NCBI GenBank assembly: GCA_964016885.1
Contig: OZ024742.1
Span: 46,500,001 to 46,564,000, forward strand
DNA length: 64,000 nt
Direction of reading: 5' to 3'
Source of the DNA: Eledone cirrhosa
Lineage: Eukaryota
This document shows positions 25,545 to 38,859 of this stretch, one piece after another; position 1 is the stretch's first letter, and each line of letters begins with the position of its first letter. Made by a program: the position numbers and the translations under genes. Under the pieces are notes generated by a model. That model saw nothing but the letters and a program-made list of their open reading frames with translations. It searched no databases and had not been told where the DNA came from.

Positions 25545-25589
<45 letters not shown>

Positions 25590-25590
<1 letters not shown>

Positions 25591-25780
25591 GTTGTAGTTC
25601 TTTGTCGTCTGAGTTCTTTGTGCCAAAATCAACTTTGTCTTTCATCTTTCCGAAGTCGATATGAAAAAAGTCACAGTCAACTACTGGGGTCTATTCTTTC
25701 TCTATATCTATTTCTAAAAGAAATTCGCTATGTTCTTGCCCCGGAAGAAAATGTGTTCCGCCAGGTTAAAAAATGCCTAA
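25590..25780 (+). mobile_element. Degenerate tRNA-SINE body
   Basis: GAGTTC...AACTTTGTCTTTCATCTTTCCGAAGTCGATA resembles the SINE core. Confidence 0.55.
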
Positions 25781-26919
25781 GAAACGTGTATATTTGCGTA
25801 TATATGCACAGATGCATATATGCCTCATATACAAGCACACACCCACCCACATATATTTATACATATACTAGCAGCAGTACCCAGCGTTGGTTGAGTAGGT
25901 AAAATAATATCTGCTTTGATGAAAAGGTGTTGATCTTAGCGACTGCTTCTCGATGACCACACACAGGCCATGCGGGGAGGGTGGTGATGACCTCTATCAC
26001 TGAGGAGCGCGGGTGACTGACGAAGGGGCATGCTGGGGGAGGGAGGTAATGACCTCTAGCACTAAGCCAAATTTCCTCACGTTACTTGATTGGAAACCGA
26101 TGAATTCTCAAATACACAACTAAAAGCTCAGACGACGTCAGTGGCCATCGTTTTGCCTTTGACCATCAACTGGATAATTGGATGGAATTATAGAATCGTA
26201 AACATCATTTGCAGCAAATGGTGAAAAGTACCAGTCTACCACAGGGGCCTGTTTTGCTGCAAATGCTGAGAATTTAGAAAATGTGGTATTAAAGATTGAA
26301 GTGGCTGCCACGCCGTCCCTGACCAACAAATACGAAATGTGAAGCAATTAGAAGATGTGTAATGGAAAGTTTATCTGAGGATTGAAGTTGACAGATGGCA
26401 ATGCCACAATGGTGAACGCGATGGCAGGACAGATTGAAAGCAGGCGCAGCGGAGGTGTTTGAGGTCTGACCGTAATCAAAAGGCTCAAGTTATCATCAAG
26501 TTTGTTGAACCAAGAACAGAGGTGCACAGAAAGGCAGTGGATACTGCTTACCGATGGCAATGTAACAGTGGTGAACGCGACAGCAGGTCAGATTGAAAGC
26601 AGGCGCAGCGGAGGTGTTTGAGGTCTGACCGTTAGCAAAAGGCTCAAGTTATCAAGTTGTTGAACCAAGAACAGAGGTGCACAGAAAGGCAGTGGATATT
26701 GATTACCGATGGCAATGTTACAATTATGAACATGGCTGCACAACAGAGTCAGAAACGTCTGCGGATGTGTTTGAGGTCTGTGAAAGAAAGTGAAAGCGGA
26801 AGTTAGCATCAATGGCTTGCAGACAAATTATACAACTGTACACCATGGGTATGATGTACTTAAATTACAGTCAGATTAATATCTGCTTACCATAATGTTG
26901 TGTGGTATGTTCGGCCTCA

Positions 26920-29900
26920 TCTGTTGTAGAACTTCTGGGTAAACAATATTCTTGGTTTTTCCATGTTGAGTTAGAGCAAAAAGGCAGTTTTTGCCTCCTA
27001 CTCTGGAACAGCCGACGTAGAGTTGACCATGTGTAAAGCATGGCTCTTTCAAGTGAAGCCCTGCGACAGAAAGGGTTTGGCCTTGATATTTGTTAATTGA
27101 TATGGCGAAGCTGACACGAATTGGGAATTGCAACCGTTTGAAAGAGAATGGAATGTCACCTCCTGATGACACGAATGGAATTCTAGGGATGAACACATCC
27201 TCGCCTTTGCCGCATCCCGAAATGATGGGGGCTTCAATGACGTATTTCATTAGCTTCTTGATCACCAAGCGCGTCCCGTTGCATAATTTTGGCGGACCGA
27301 GATTTCTAAGCAGCATCACCGGCGTTCCTACTTTGAGGGCGAGTCGATGTGGTGGAAGAACATGAGGCGCCAACGAATTAAGAAATTCGATAGGAAAGTG
27401 AACCACTTCCTAAGGATTTGTGACTGAGTCAACAGAAGTGTATGTTGTTGAACTTCCAGCAAGGGTTTGCAACGGCTGCTCGTTAATAGCCTGCACGATC
27501 GTGTTTTTTTGGTGCTAGAATCGCTCTCTCGCACAGCCAGTCAAGGTTTTGAAAATTGACCTGGAGGGTGGGGAAGGCGTGCCTCTTGAGATCATCATCA
27601 GTGTCAACTGATGTGCAAACTGAATCCACGTTAACCTCGCCGTCTGCATTAAGGGGTAGAACACCATCGCTAAGCTGAAGAAGGTCTGTAGCAAAGTTAG
27701 CAGACTGTTGGTCGCTGAAAAGATGTGCCCTCATGTTGGTAGTAAGAGACAGAACAGTTACATGCTGCCACAAAGGAGAAGACTTGAGGCATGCCTTGAC
27801 TTCATCTGCCTTAGTTCCTTTAGGAATAACGGGAAGAGTCTGCCTGAAATCCCCCGACAGAGGAAGTATAACACCGCCCATTATAGTCTGAGAGTCTCTG
27901 AGGTCCATCAGGGTATTATTAAGCGCTTCAAGAGCTCGCCGATGAGTCATTGTGCATTCATCCCATACTATCAGTCGACATCGTTTAAGCAGCTGCCCCC
28001 TGTCGGAGTTTTTACTGATGTTGCATGAGGGCGCGTCCGATGTTGACAAATTCAGTGGCAGCTTAAAGGCAGAATGCGCGGTCCTACCACCATGGAGTAA
28101 AGTTGCTGCGATGCCAGATGATGCAACAGCTAACGCAATGTGTCTGTGTTGACGCACTTTTGCGAGAAGAAGTGTATTAACAAAAGTTTTTCCTGTACCT
28201 CCAGGAGCATCTAGAAAGAAAATACCGCCTTTTTTGCTGCATCACATGTTCGAAAATTGTTCAGTAAGCTGTCAATTGCTCAGGGAGAAGTTTTGGCTCC
28301 GTAGTGGTCACATATTCCGCGAGAGCGCCGACATCGTACGAAGTTTCTCCAATGATGTCGGTTGGCACGGTATTCAAGCCGGTACGGACAACGTTTTGCA
28401 TGCCAAACGATGGTAAGTCCAGTCCACCAAGTAGAATAACTTTGTCTTCAATGTCAACCAATGCGCAGTTGTAGACGTCGTAATTTCCGCTCCCCAAATC
28501 TTGACAATGCAATTGGGCCTTTCGGAAGAAATCCTCAGAGAGATCGTGTTTGAATTTTCTCCACAGGCTAGCGGGATCACTAAGTTCGCCTGTTTGTAGC
28601 AGTAGCGCGAACAGTGCTCGGAGACTTCGGGGTGACTTGGAAAGAGCAGCCTCTCCCAACGTAGTGTCCCACTGCGAGTCGTCCTCAAGAAGTCCGTGTT
28701 GGAGACAGGCCTCCCTATATGTTGTGCATATGCATCCACTGACAGTTTTCAGGTCCTGAAAAGATGTTGGGCCTCGGACCTGGTGCAGGAGCAGACGGAG
28801 GTAGAAGCATTCCTGCTGGCTGGGATGGATCGTGTAAACGCGCCCTAGACATTTTGCACATTTGATGCCCTCATAGCCGTCAACGTTTTCGCCAGTCTTC
28901 CGTCGTGTCCACCTATTTTTGTTCCACGTGTAGTAGGATGGAAGTTGAGGATAAAGCAGGGTTCGTGCAAAGGGGTCAGATTGGCACAATTTGAAAAAGG
29001 CTGTGAGGGTGGTGTCTCGTGGTTCTTCAGCCAAATGAGCAGCGTTTGTTTCTGTGATGTAGACCCTCTGACCATTTTCAAGGTGCACAGCAAGTTGTTC
29101 AATGGGTGGATGTCGCTGGTGTAATTTGAATCCGAATATTCTCCAGAAACTTTCATTACTACTAATAAACCGCCCAATATGATACTGCATCACCTCATCC
29201 CGGCTGTGTTCTTGTTGAAGCTGAAACATGGCAGCGTCGGAACCCTTGTTGATATAATTACAAATGCATTTGATTGACTTGACCGAGTTGCAAAACTTCA
29301 CGTTCATGTGACTGTTGAAAGTCTTGAGAAGGAGGGGACAGTATGGAATGACCCATCTGTTGTCAACCTCGTGTCATCCAATAATTGCAGTAAAACTGCT
29401 ATTGCCTGGTTTCCTCCGCCTGTACGATGGGTATCCATCGGACCAAGTCTGAGTTTCAATGAGAAACGTTTTTGGAAAGTTTTTGGAGCAGACGTCGTGT
29501 TTCAATCAGGGACACTTGGCATTGAAGCCACGTCCACATGGACCGTGCACCATATTCGACTTCACGATTTCGTACAGATCTCTGTCTGTGGACGGATCCG
29601 GCAGCTCGGCCGAGATGAACTTATCAATCGTATTGGAATGAATCTTATATGAAAGCCAAATAAGAATGTGGGCGTGTGGAAGACCTCTTTTTTGCCACTC
29701 CACTGTGTACATGTCTGCTCTAACTGGTCCAAATACCTGCCCATGTATAATAAGGTCTATTAGTTTTGTTAGCTTCAATCGGAAGACCTGAGCTAGGACG
29801 TTCTGCCTGTCTTTTGCTTTCTGACCCGGAAAGAGTGACATCTCGATCTCCGTCCACTTGGGATTGCAAGTAAATGTTACGAATAAGTCCGGTCTGCCGT

Positions 29901-32250
29901 AATGCCGCACATATGTCATAGCATCTTGAGTCCTTTCATTCATATATCGAGGACCTCCGACGAATGTGGAAGGCAGAATACATTGTTGCCCGATTTCTCC
30001 TGGTGAAACATCGTTATTGATGGCGTCACGAAGATGAATGTATTTTTCTGCCCGTAGTTTAAGCTGATTAAGCTTTATAAATCGAAGTCTCTCCGACTCC
30101 CTTTTTGCGTACATGTCGACGGCAAATTGTTGGTATGAACTTTGGGAGCGTTGAATGTGGTTGAAACAGTGGATGCGTGTCATAAATCGGTAGAATGTGG
30201 TTGAAGCAGTGGATGCGTGTCATAATTCGAGTAGAACTGCATATACGAAACTGTTTTATTCAATTGCACTGTGGACGTGCTAGGTCTGTGCTGGGGAATG
30301 CTAATGCGATACCCGTTTTCACCATAAGCAAACAGCAGTGGATATTGAAGTGTATCGTAGGACCTATGAGTTTCGCAAATACGTTTAAGGGCACTGTCAC
30401 GACGCCTAAGAACGATGTCTTTGTGATTGTGCTGGTCACCATGAAGAAGAACGGCAATCTCATTGCATGTAAGCGAATTAAAGTGGCCAACATGCTCCCT
30501 TGGGAGCCTTTTGTCGGCATCGATAACCACATTGAAGTCAGACATGGGCGCGCTGTCTAGCGCACACTTGAAGCTGCGGACGTAGCTGTTGTGTGTATGA
30601 AGCATCTCTTGAAGTTGTAACATCTGCTGAAGTTCAGTACCGGGTGAGATGGAGATGCGCTTTGCGGCCTGTTTATGTAAGTCGCCAACGAAGTATATTT
30701 GGAGGAATTGGGGCTCTTCATTTGTAGGAGGTTGGAGAGATGCTATTCTATGGTATACTTGCCCCCGAACTTTAAATGTAGGCCTGAAACCATCTTCCTT
30801 AACAATGTTTTCTCCAAACGATGTCATCTGAAAGGCGCAGTTCTATTTCCGGATATTTTCAAGGAAGTGCTTAAACTCCGCTGTTTCACCTGCCAAATAC
30901 GTCTTCAACGGCTCAGGTGGATCAAGGAGGAAAGGTAAGCTGACCTTTCCATTCGCGCAGCACATCCCAGATGGTTCACCTGGCCACTGCATGGCATTGC
31001 AGTAGGTGCAAATGGTGGAAATATCGCCAATCATCACATCAGCATGAGTGGCATAATTGAAGGTTGGGCTATATTCAAACGCCTTAAGTAGCCATCGCGA
31101 ACTGAAGGGCCTTGAAAGACCATTTCTGGAAAGGCTTCTTTGAAGATTACTCTGCAACCGATCACGCCTTTCGGATGATGTCTCTGTAGCCCGTGCACTG
31201 GCCGTTGACATTGCGTTTCTTCTTTGTCTGCGAACGCGCTGATCCTCATTTTCAGAAACTCGTGCACTGGCCGTCGACATTGCGTTTCATCTTTGTTTGC
31301 GAACGCGCTGAACCTCATTTTCAGATGCTCGTGCACTGGCCGTCGACATTGCGTTTCTTCTTTGTCTGCGAACGCGCTGATCCTCATTTTCAGAAACTCG
31401 TGCACTGGCCGTCGACATTGCGTTTCTTCTTTGTCTGCGAACGCGCTGATCCTCATTTTCAGAAACTCGTGCACTGGCCGTCGACATTGCGTTTCATCTT
31501 TGTTTGCGAACGCGCTGATCCTCATTTTCAGAAACTCGTGCACTGGCCGTTGACATTGCGTTTCTTCTTTGTCTGCGAACGCGCTGATCCTCATTTTCAG
31601 AAACTCGTGCACTGGCCGTCGACATTGCGTTTCTTCTTTGTTTGCGAACGCGCTGAACCTCATTTTCAGATGCTCGTGCACTGGCCGTCGACATTGCGTT
31701 TCTTCTTTGTCTGCGAACGCGCTGATCCTCATTTTCAGAAACTCGTGCACTGGCCGTCGACATTGCGTTTCTTCTTTGTCTGCGAACGCGCTGATCCTCA
31801 TTTTCAGAAACTCGTGCACTGGCCGTCGACATTGCGTTTCATCTTTGTTTGCGAACGCGCTGATCCTCATTTTCAGAAACTCGTGCACTGGCCGTCGACA
31901 TTGCGTTTCTTCTTTGTCTGCGAACGCGCTGATCCTCATTTTCAGAAACTCGTGCACTGGCCGTTGACATTGCGTTTCATCTTTGTTTGCGAACGCGCTG
32001 AACCCCATTTTCAGATGCTCGTGCACTGGCCGTCGACATTGCGTTTCTTCTATGTCTGCAAACGCGCTGACCCTCATTTTCAGAAGCGCCGATCCTCCCT
32101 TTCAGCAGCGCGTGCAGCGGCCGTGGACATTGCGTTTCTAGTTCGTCTTATTTCGGCATTTTGTAGTGGCTCGCTTGGTCGTCTATTTGTCATACTTCTG
32201 CCTCGCGCCGTTTTCCGACCAATTTTGTTACTCTTCTTCGAAAGCTTTAT
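26920..32250 (-). pseudogene. Helitron RepHel (HUH Rep + Pif1-like SF1 helicase), fragmented
   Basis: Rep: [41 protein letters not shown]. Helicase: FLDAPGGTGKTF (about 28180-28225), SSGIAATLL.GGRTAHS, IVWDECTM, GDFRQTLPV, LCNGTRL, QGQTL, HGQLYV..SRV. Multiple stops and frameshifts. Confidence 0.95.
31190..32085 (-). repeat. 69-bp coding tandem repeat, about 13 units (23-aa ENEDQRVRRQRRNAMSTASARVS)
   Basis: 69-bp period at the RepHel N-terminus, in frame with the downstream Cys-rich region. Confidence 0.92.
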
Positions 32251-33959
32251 CTAAAGAGTAGTTTAAGCACATCTGGAATAGCACCCATGAAAGAGATTAA
32301 TGCAGAGAACAGTATAGCCGGATTGTACAAAGTAACCATTTATCGCAGACTTAAAAAGTTCAAGAATTATTGTTGACACCCGGTTGTAGTAGAGGTCAAT
32401 AGTGTGAACTGAGATGAATGGAGTCCAAGTAGGAATAAAACCTGGTTGGAAATTCATGAGCTGGCGAGTTTCTTGAAAATCGGTCGTAAGGTGTAGCAAA
32501 TGGCGAAATGTTGAGTGAAATCGTATGGAATATGTGAGAGGTGGAAAAAATCGCATTTTGAAGAGTTAAACGGCTGCAACGCCGTCCCTGAAGAAAAAAT
32601 GCAAAGTGTAAAGCTACTATAAGATGTGCAATGATAGTGTCTATCGTAGTATAAACGTTGAACCAAATAAATTGATTTATGTGTGAGGTGGAGCCGAAGT
32701 TTCGAATTTGAACGAAATCGGTTGAAAAATGTGGGAGCTAGAACCGAAATTTCGAATATTTAAGCGGCTGCCACGCCGTTCCTAAACAAAAAATCCAAAA
32801 TATAAAGCTACTATAAGACGTGAAATAATCAGATCTAGCATAGTGTAAAATTTGAATAAAGTAGGTTGATTAATGTGAGAGCTAGAGCCGAAAAAGTGGA
32901 AATTTGAGTCTAAAAGTGGTATTTTTGAATATTTAATGACCCCGGAATAAAAAAAACGATACGCTGATATATAGAAAACACTCTCCGATGACTAATCTAT
33001 GAGCCTGTAAAGTTTCACGAAAATCGGTCGTAAGATGTAGGCCCCTATAGGTAATACACAGGCACACACACACATACTTAATTTTATATATATACAGATA
33101 AATATGGGTAAGCAGATTATATATATATATGATTACGTGTATGTATATTATTGACAGAAGTGAGAGTGGATACTCAGTACCGAAGTAGAGTTTAAATATT
33201 CACTTATTATGTCTAAACTAAGTGGTGAACCCACTTTACTCTGGAGTTTCACCAGCACACTTTCGTCTCACAATCCTGTGCGTGCACATATATGTATATA
33301 GTTATTTCATATATGCATATAGTTATTTCTGATGGATATAAATTGATTACGTTACGTCTGCAGTACTATGATATATTGTTACTATAATTAATATTTTTCA
33401 AACAAAGATTACAGATTTCTACAAAGTACAAACAATCATTTCTTCATATATTTTTCATGAATGAGGTATTTACAGAGTTTAAAGTTGAATATTGAATTTA
33501 ACAACATTTAAAAATATATTTTTCATTATTATTTTCAAGCAAATAGACAGGTGAATTACTGGAAGGAAGAAAGCAACAATCTTTAGAATTCTGAGATCTA
33601 TAAAATATATTTTTGTTTACCCATTTGTTTAAAGGTGAGTTTTTGTTATACAAAAGTTATGTAATGAATTGACGTATCGAATTAATTAAAGAATAAAGAG
33701 AATGTTTTAGGCGAGGTGAAAGAATATAACTTTGCTCTTATATTCATAATTTCACAAATTAAATCTTAATTCGAAGGAGAGTTTATCAAATGAGAAACGA
33801 ATTCTTCTAATGGTGTAGATCTTAATATTTTTGTTAGTCAAATTGTAAGCAAAATCATAATTTGTTATGCTGTGTTACATAAACAGTCACGCTACTACAC
33901 TGCTGGTTATTGTAGAAAATAGAGCCTAATGTTATAGTATATGTATTGATTGTTACATA

Positions 33960-34036
<77 letters not shown>

Positions 34037-34038
<2 letters not shown>

Positions 34039-34170
34039 CGAAGGAAATGTGGTAATGAACCAGGTGGACCATAACGCACCAAAGTACTCAATACTTAGGG
34101 TAGTAGAGTGGGTAATAGGAACGAGTAGGACCCCGACGGCTGAGCTCAGCCGTCGGGGTCCTACTCGTTC
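34037..34170. mobile_element. Family E mini-element, second copy, with perfect 52-bp palindrome (34119-34170)
   Basis: Same outer ends as the 25331 copy; palindrome centred on GAG|CTC. Confidence 0.85.
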
Positions 34171-34225
34171 ATATATATATATATATATGAACGCGCATAC
34201 ATATACATACATAAATACATACATA

Positions 34226-34515
34226 TGATGACGGCCCTCTCGTTATCGAGTATGGCCATTGAACGATATAAAATTATTAATAATTATTAATTAATGCTAT
34301 CGTGCAATGCCTGTGCGTGAAGATCTTTTTTAAAGTGAGGAAAGACTGTGCGCCGAGCCAATCCCATTCTCTGAGCGACAGTAGCTATAACCCGAAAAGA
34401 AGAAAAGATCAATATCATCGGTAACTACTGCGCCGCAGGTTTTATGTCGGAGTTATCCCAGTTTCCTGAGTTGCCTTCTCCTACAAGAATGCCCTGACAA
34501 AGGCTAGTGGTCCTT
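34226..34515 (-). mobile_element. RTE-like non-autonomous element, diverged and truncated
   Basis: Blocks CAATGCCTGTGCGTGAAG, CCAATCCCATTCTCTGAGC and CCTTCTCCTA shared with the family. Confidence 0.7.
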
Positions 34516-34938
34516 CACTTCCAGTATTTTAACCGTTTGATCGGGTATCCAGCCCGATTATTTCTATGTCCCCGCGCATATATATATACATACGTATACT
34601 TGCATATACATATATACATGTATATACATATATACACAACATGCATACATATGCATGCATACATACATACATAGTTTCGTTGACAAATATATCAATGTGC
34701 CCAGACACGCAGATATATTGTCCTTGGTATGACAGTGTGGTTTTAGCTCAATGTAGGATAACTAGTATACCACAGAGCCGTTATAATTATAGGAATAACC
34801 AAAGAGTGCTTAGAAATACATTGTTTTATTAGCTAACAGTGTTTCATCCATACCCTATAGCAGGAATCATCAGAGCTTATAAACAAGAGTATATCAATAG
34901 TTGCATACTCCATCAAGCTGCGTCACCAGAACCAGCAG

Positions 34939-35318
34939 GGGGGTCCCGATGCCAGCGCTATATAGAAAAAGACAGAATACATGATGCACATAAAAATTAC
35001 ATCAAAAATTAAAAATTAAAAATTACACCAGATATTTATCACTTATTTTTATTTTTATTTTTATTTTTATTTTTATTTCTTTTGTTATGTTTGTATTTTT
35101 GTACTTTTTTTTATTGTTTTTGATCATGCTGAGTAATACCTTCACTCATTCCTTGCTACCTTCTCCCAACCTCTTGATCATGTATTGCACCATTTAAGTG
35201 ATAACATTCTGGTGTAATTTTTAATTTTTAATTTTTGATGTAATTTTTTATGACATTTTATGACATTATGTGCATCATGTATCTGTCTTTTTCTATATAG
35301 CGCTGGCCTCGGGACCTC
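34939..35318. mobile_element. MITE-like element with about 90-110-bp terminal inverted repeats
   Basis: GGGTCCCGATGCCAGCGCTATATAGAAAAAGACAG...ACACCAGA (34939-35031) is inverted at 35208-35318; no clear TSD. Confidence 0.65.
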
Positions 35319-35319
35319 T

Positions 35320-35960
35320 CTTTGCACTACAGGAACAAGGAATCCCTACCAAATATCTGCTACACAAAAGAGAAGAGCCATCAGCCGACAATAAATGTAA
35401 AACAAAGATCGAAGATGTTAGCCACATTATTGCCAACTGTAAAGGTATGTCGTCTCGTTACTACTTCCCTATGAGACACGATGTGATAGCTAGAACAGCC
35501 TGGAACGCACTTAGGAAAGTAAAATTAAAAACAAACGAGGAGGAATATGTTGAGATAGATGGCACTAAAGAATACTGGTGGAACCTGAAAATAAAATAAA
35601 ATCTGCCACCAAATTAAAGCACAATCGGCCTGATATTGTTGTTTGGGACCACACATTGAAAACGTGGTCTGTTGTGGAGATCAGCTGTCCACTTTATGTG
35701 AAGGTTATAAGAAAAATACAAGAGAAGGAGGACATATACGGACCATTGATGAGGAGTTTGCAGATACAGTATCCCAGATAAACCTTCAACTTCATACCTA
35801 TTATAATTGGAGCTACAGTTTATATACAGCAACCCGCTTGAACCAAAATATAACTGAACTTGGTTTTGCGGACAAAGAGCGCAGCTCCCTAATTCATAGA
35901 CTACAAATGACTGCGATAGCTGACACCTTCAAAATTTGCAAAACATTCTTGTGATTCAAG
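35320..35960 (+). pseudogene. R4/Dong-type LINE 3' fragment (zinc finger + restriction-like endonuclease)
   Basis: FALQEQ, E.VSHIIANC, RHD, YWWN, HNRPDIVVWD, VVEISCP, IIIGA. Confidence 0.8.
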
Positions 35961-36085
35961 GATGACAATTTCTTTTCTTTTACAACCTTGGCACCAGGAA
36001 GATGGCCGGTTAAAATATACTCGAAATTAAGAGAAAGAGAAACATACATACATATACGTATGGTATGTTTATTGATTGTCATACA

Positions 36086-36153
<68 letters not shown>

Positions 36154-36236
36154 TATGTCTATATATATATATATAAATATGTATATATAAATATATATAT
36201 ATATATATATGTATAAATATATATATATATATATAT

Positions 36237-37390
36237 ATAAAAGTTTACATATATATATACATGGTGGCTGCCAACTCGTTTTCGAGTACGGCCGCTACTT
36301 TATATCCATGTAGGAGAACCCCTACCGATGCGCTGAACGAGTGTGACTTTTTAGTCCAGCCAGCGACTTGAAAACTCTGGTACAAACACTACACTTGTGA
36401 CAATTACTGACACATAGTGCTGGGCCCATGGTACCATGTGACGACAAGTGCAGAGAGATCTCCAGATATAAAGCAATGCCTGTGCCGTGAAGCTTTTATA
36501 GTGAGCAAAGGCACTGCACAAAGCCAGTCCCACTCTCTTAACCAAGATGATATTTACCAAAAAGAAGAACAAGTCAACATCATTGGATACCATCAGGGTT
36601 GCAGGTGTTATATCAGAGTTTTCCTTCTCCTAGAATTCTGCCTTGACAAAGGCTAAGGGGTCATCTCTCCCGGTGATTTTGGATGGCCATTGACTCTTAA
36701 GAGCTCCTTTGCCCTTTGACAGGTTTTGTTTTTAGTCCTGCAGGATGTCCAAAGTCACCCTCCTCACCAAGAAACCTTGGTGGGGTTGCCAGTTTAGTCG
36801 CCAACGACCCGACCATGGGACAGGTTGTACTGGGATACATGTTACCAGTAGCACCAACTGGTGACCTGACATAAATATACATATATATATACATACATAT
36901 ACATATACGTGTTTTGCAACTGGTCACTTTGTGGCTCAATGAAAAATTAATAAATTAAACAATCAGAGCTATATATCATAAAACATGTCTATAGAATCAC
37001 AAGATAAAATATATACTATTTCCTCTCCCAATTAGCATAATTAACCATATAAAAAATCGAATAGACCAGGCTATAAGAATGAGGCTTCTATGAAGAAATC
37101 TCCGACAAATAACCGAAACTAGCGCTTCGCATCGGACGTAGCGGAATATTTATCGAATATTTCGACAGCGTAATCGCCCAGATATAGTCAACTAAACAGA
37201 ATTATTCGATAAATATTCCGCTATGGCCGACGCGAAGCGCTAGTTTCGGTTATTTGCCGGAGATTTCTTCATAGAAGCCTCATTCTTATAGCCTGGTCTA
37301 TTTGATTTTTTATATGGTTAATTATGCTAATTGGGAGAGGAAATAGTATATATTTTATCTTGTGATTCTATAGACATGTTTTATGATATA
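36237..37390. mobile_element. Family C mini-element with inverted arms (36971-37159 / 37203-37390), interrupted by the RTE-like element
   Basis: About 190-bp near-perfect arms; homologous to 50433-51060 in permuted order. Confidence 0.8.
36261..36872 (-). mobile_element. RTE-like non-autonomous element, about 610 bp, apparently complete
   Basis: Near-identical inverted copy at 57154-57765; GGAGAAGGAAAACTC motif and terminal CTCG-AAAA-CGAG hairpin resemble RTE 5' and 3' UTRs (assignment from recall). Confidence 0.75.
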
Positions 37391-37559
37391 TATATATATA
37401 TATATATATAGATTTTGAGTTTATGTTGGTTGTATACCAACACCTCAGTATGCAGACTGGAGCACTCGACGAAGTGCGCAGGTTGGTTTGGTTACTCCGG
37501 AGTAGTGTAAAATAAAGTTAAATAAAAAGTCAAATGATTAAAATTTAGCTTCGTTTATT

Positions 37560-37614
37560 ACTGCTATATATATTTCAGTGATAGCCATCTTTGGCTGTGA
37601 CCTCTTCAGGCAGT
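37560..37614 (-). ncRNA. Type-I hammerhead ribozyme motif in the PLE pseudo-LTR
   Basis: ACTGC-CTGAAGA-stem II-GAAA-TATATAT-A-GCAGT; palindromic stem III. Confidence 0.8.
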
Positions 37615-38859
37615 TTGAATTAGTATGGTATAGACAAGTACATATGTTGTTGAGGTGTATAATATTGTCAATACTCTGATATGCCCAGTTCCTGGTTGGG
37701 TTGTTATTTCACTGAGGAACTGGAATCATATGAATTCAAACAAACAAATTTCAGTGTCAAAGGTCCTCTTCTCCTCTCATTGGTCAGTTATTAGAACATT
37801 CCTCATTCTAAGTGTTGTTATTGTTGGAGTTAGCTTAAAAAATTGATAAAATGGTAGAAGGGACAAGGTGTGAAAGGAACAAAATAACAAGAAAAGTGTC
37901 AAACTTACATTGGTCAGTTCTGAGAGCATTTCTCAGTCAGAAGTCTATAGAATTCTTTCTGGGGTGAGGCTCCCTGTAGTGTTTTTGTTTGCTATTGTTA
38001 AGTACATTTGACCTCTACCATTATTTTGGTAGTGTTGTTGGTGTTGTGGTCAGCTTATATCTTGCTGCTGCTAACAATTTAAAAGTATCCAGTGTGTGTT
38101 TTTTCTTCATCCCTCCTGCCACCATCTCTCATAGTGGTGGTGGCGGGGGTGGGTGGGTTCTTCCATGTATATGAAGAAATATAAGGCAATAAATGAAGAA
38201 AACAGAAAATAAATAAATAATATAATAAAATAATTAATATAATTTGTATAATTTGAAAATAAATAAATAAATAGAGAATAAAGAATAAAGAATAAATGAA
38301 AAATTGGTGAAAAAGTAATGAAAATGAATATGGAGAAGTGAGAAATAATGTAGGATAAAGTGTGTGTGTGTGCTCTAACCAATCTTAAGGTCAGAAATAT
38401 GTTGGATAGATTGGTATGAGGACAAGATGTTAAGATAAGATAATCAAACTAAATGTGTTTGTGTTATAATCAATCTCAACTTAAAAATAAATATAAGGTG
38501 ATACAGTGAAGAGGGCAGAAAACAAATAACAAATTAATAAAGAGAAATCAAGATTTAAAATTGGAACTTGAAAATCAGAAATCTAGTAAATTAAAAAGAG
38601 TTTGTGTTGTATAGATGTTGGCCAAATTATAATGGCTGTGTCCGATTCTATCTCTAGGCTATCATGGTGTCTGCTCAGCCTGGGTTGTTCCCTATGGCTT
38701 GAGGGGACTTCACAACCTAGGGTATTGTTACTGCCCATATAGCTTGAGGGAGGTCTGGCCGAGAGGTGTTTTCATGTTCTGTAGAAGTCCCTATAGCTTG
38801 AGGGGAGTTCACATCTTCTTGTGTTGCTACTGTCCATATATCTTGAGAAAGGTCCCGGC

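Larger units (their letters stand above)
25868..33098 (-). mobile_element. Helitron, full-length (about 7.23 kb), coding region decayed
   Basis: Minus strand begins A|TCTGTATATATATAAAA at 33098 and ends with an imperfect hairpin (ACTCAAC...GCTGGGT) then CTAG|T at 25868; inserted between A and T with no TSD; RepHel inside. Confidence 0.93.

Noticed and set aside
31034-32254. 347-aa and 353-aa repeat ORFs
   Set aside because: Alternative frames of the 69-bp Helitron repeat.
36417-36656. 79-aa ORF conserved at 57370-57609
   Set aside because: Conservation reflects two recent copies of one repeat; the older copies have indels across this region.
36780-36872. HDV-like ribozyme at the RTE-like element's 5' end
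   Set aside because: Hairpins are present, but I could not build the nested double pseudoknot, and the 52.4 kb copy lacks part of the candidate.
37085-37125. CTATGAAGA...GAAAC as a hammerhead
   Set aside because: Core is non-canonical with no stem II; the family's better motif is on the other strand at 50708-50783.
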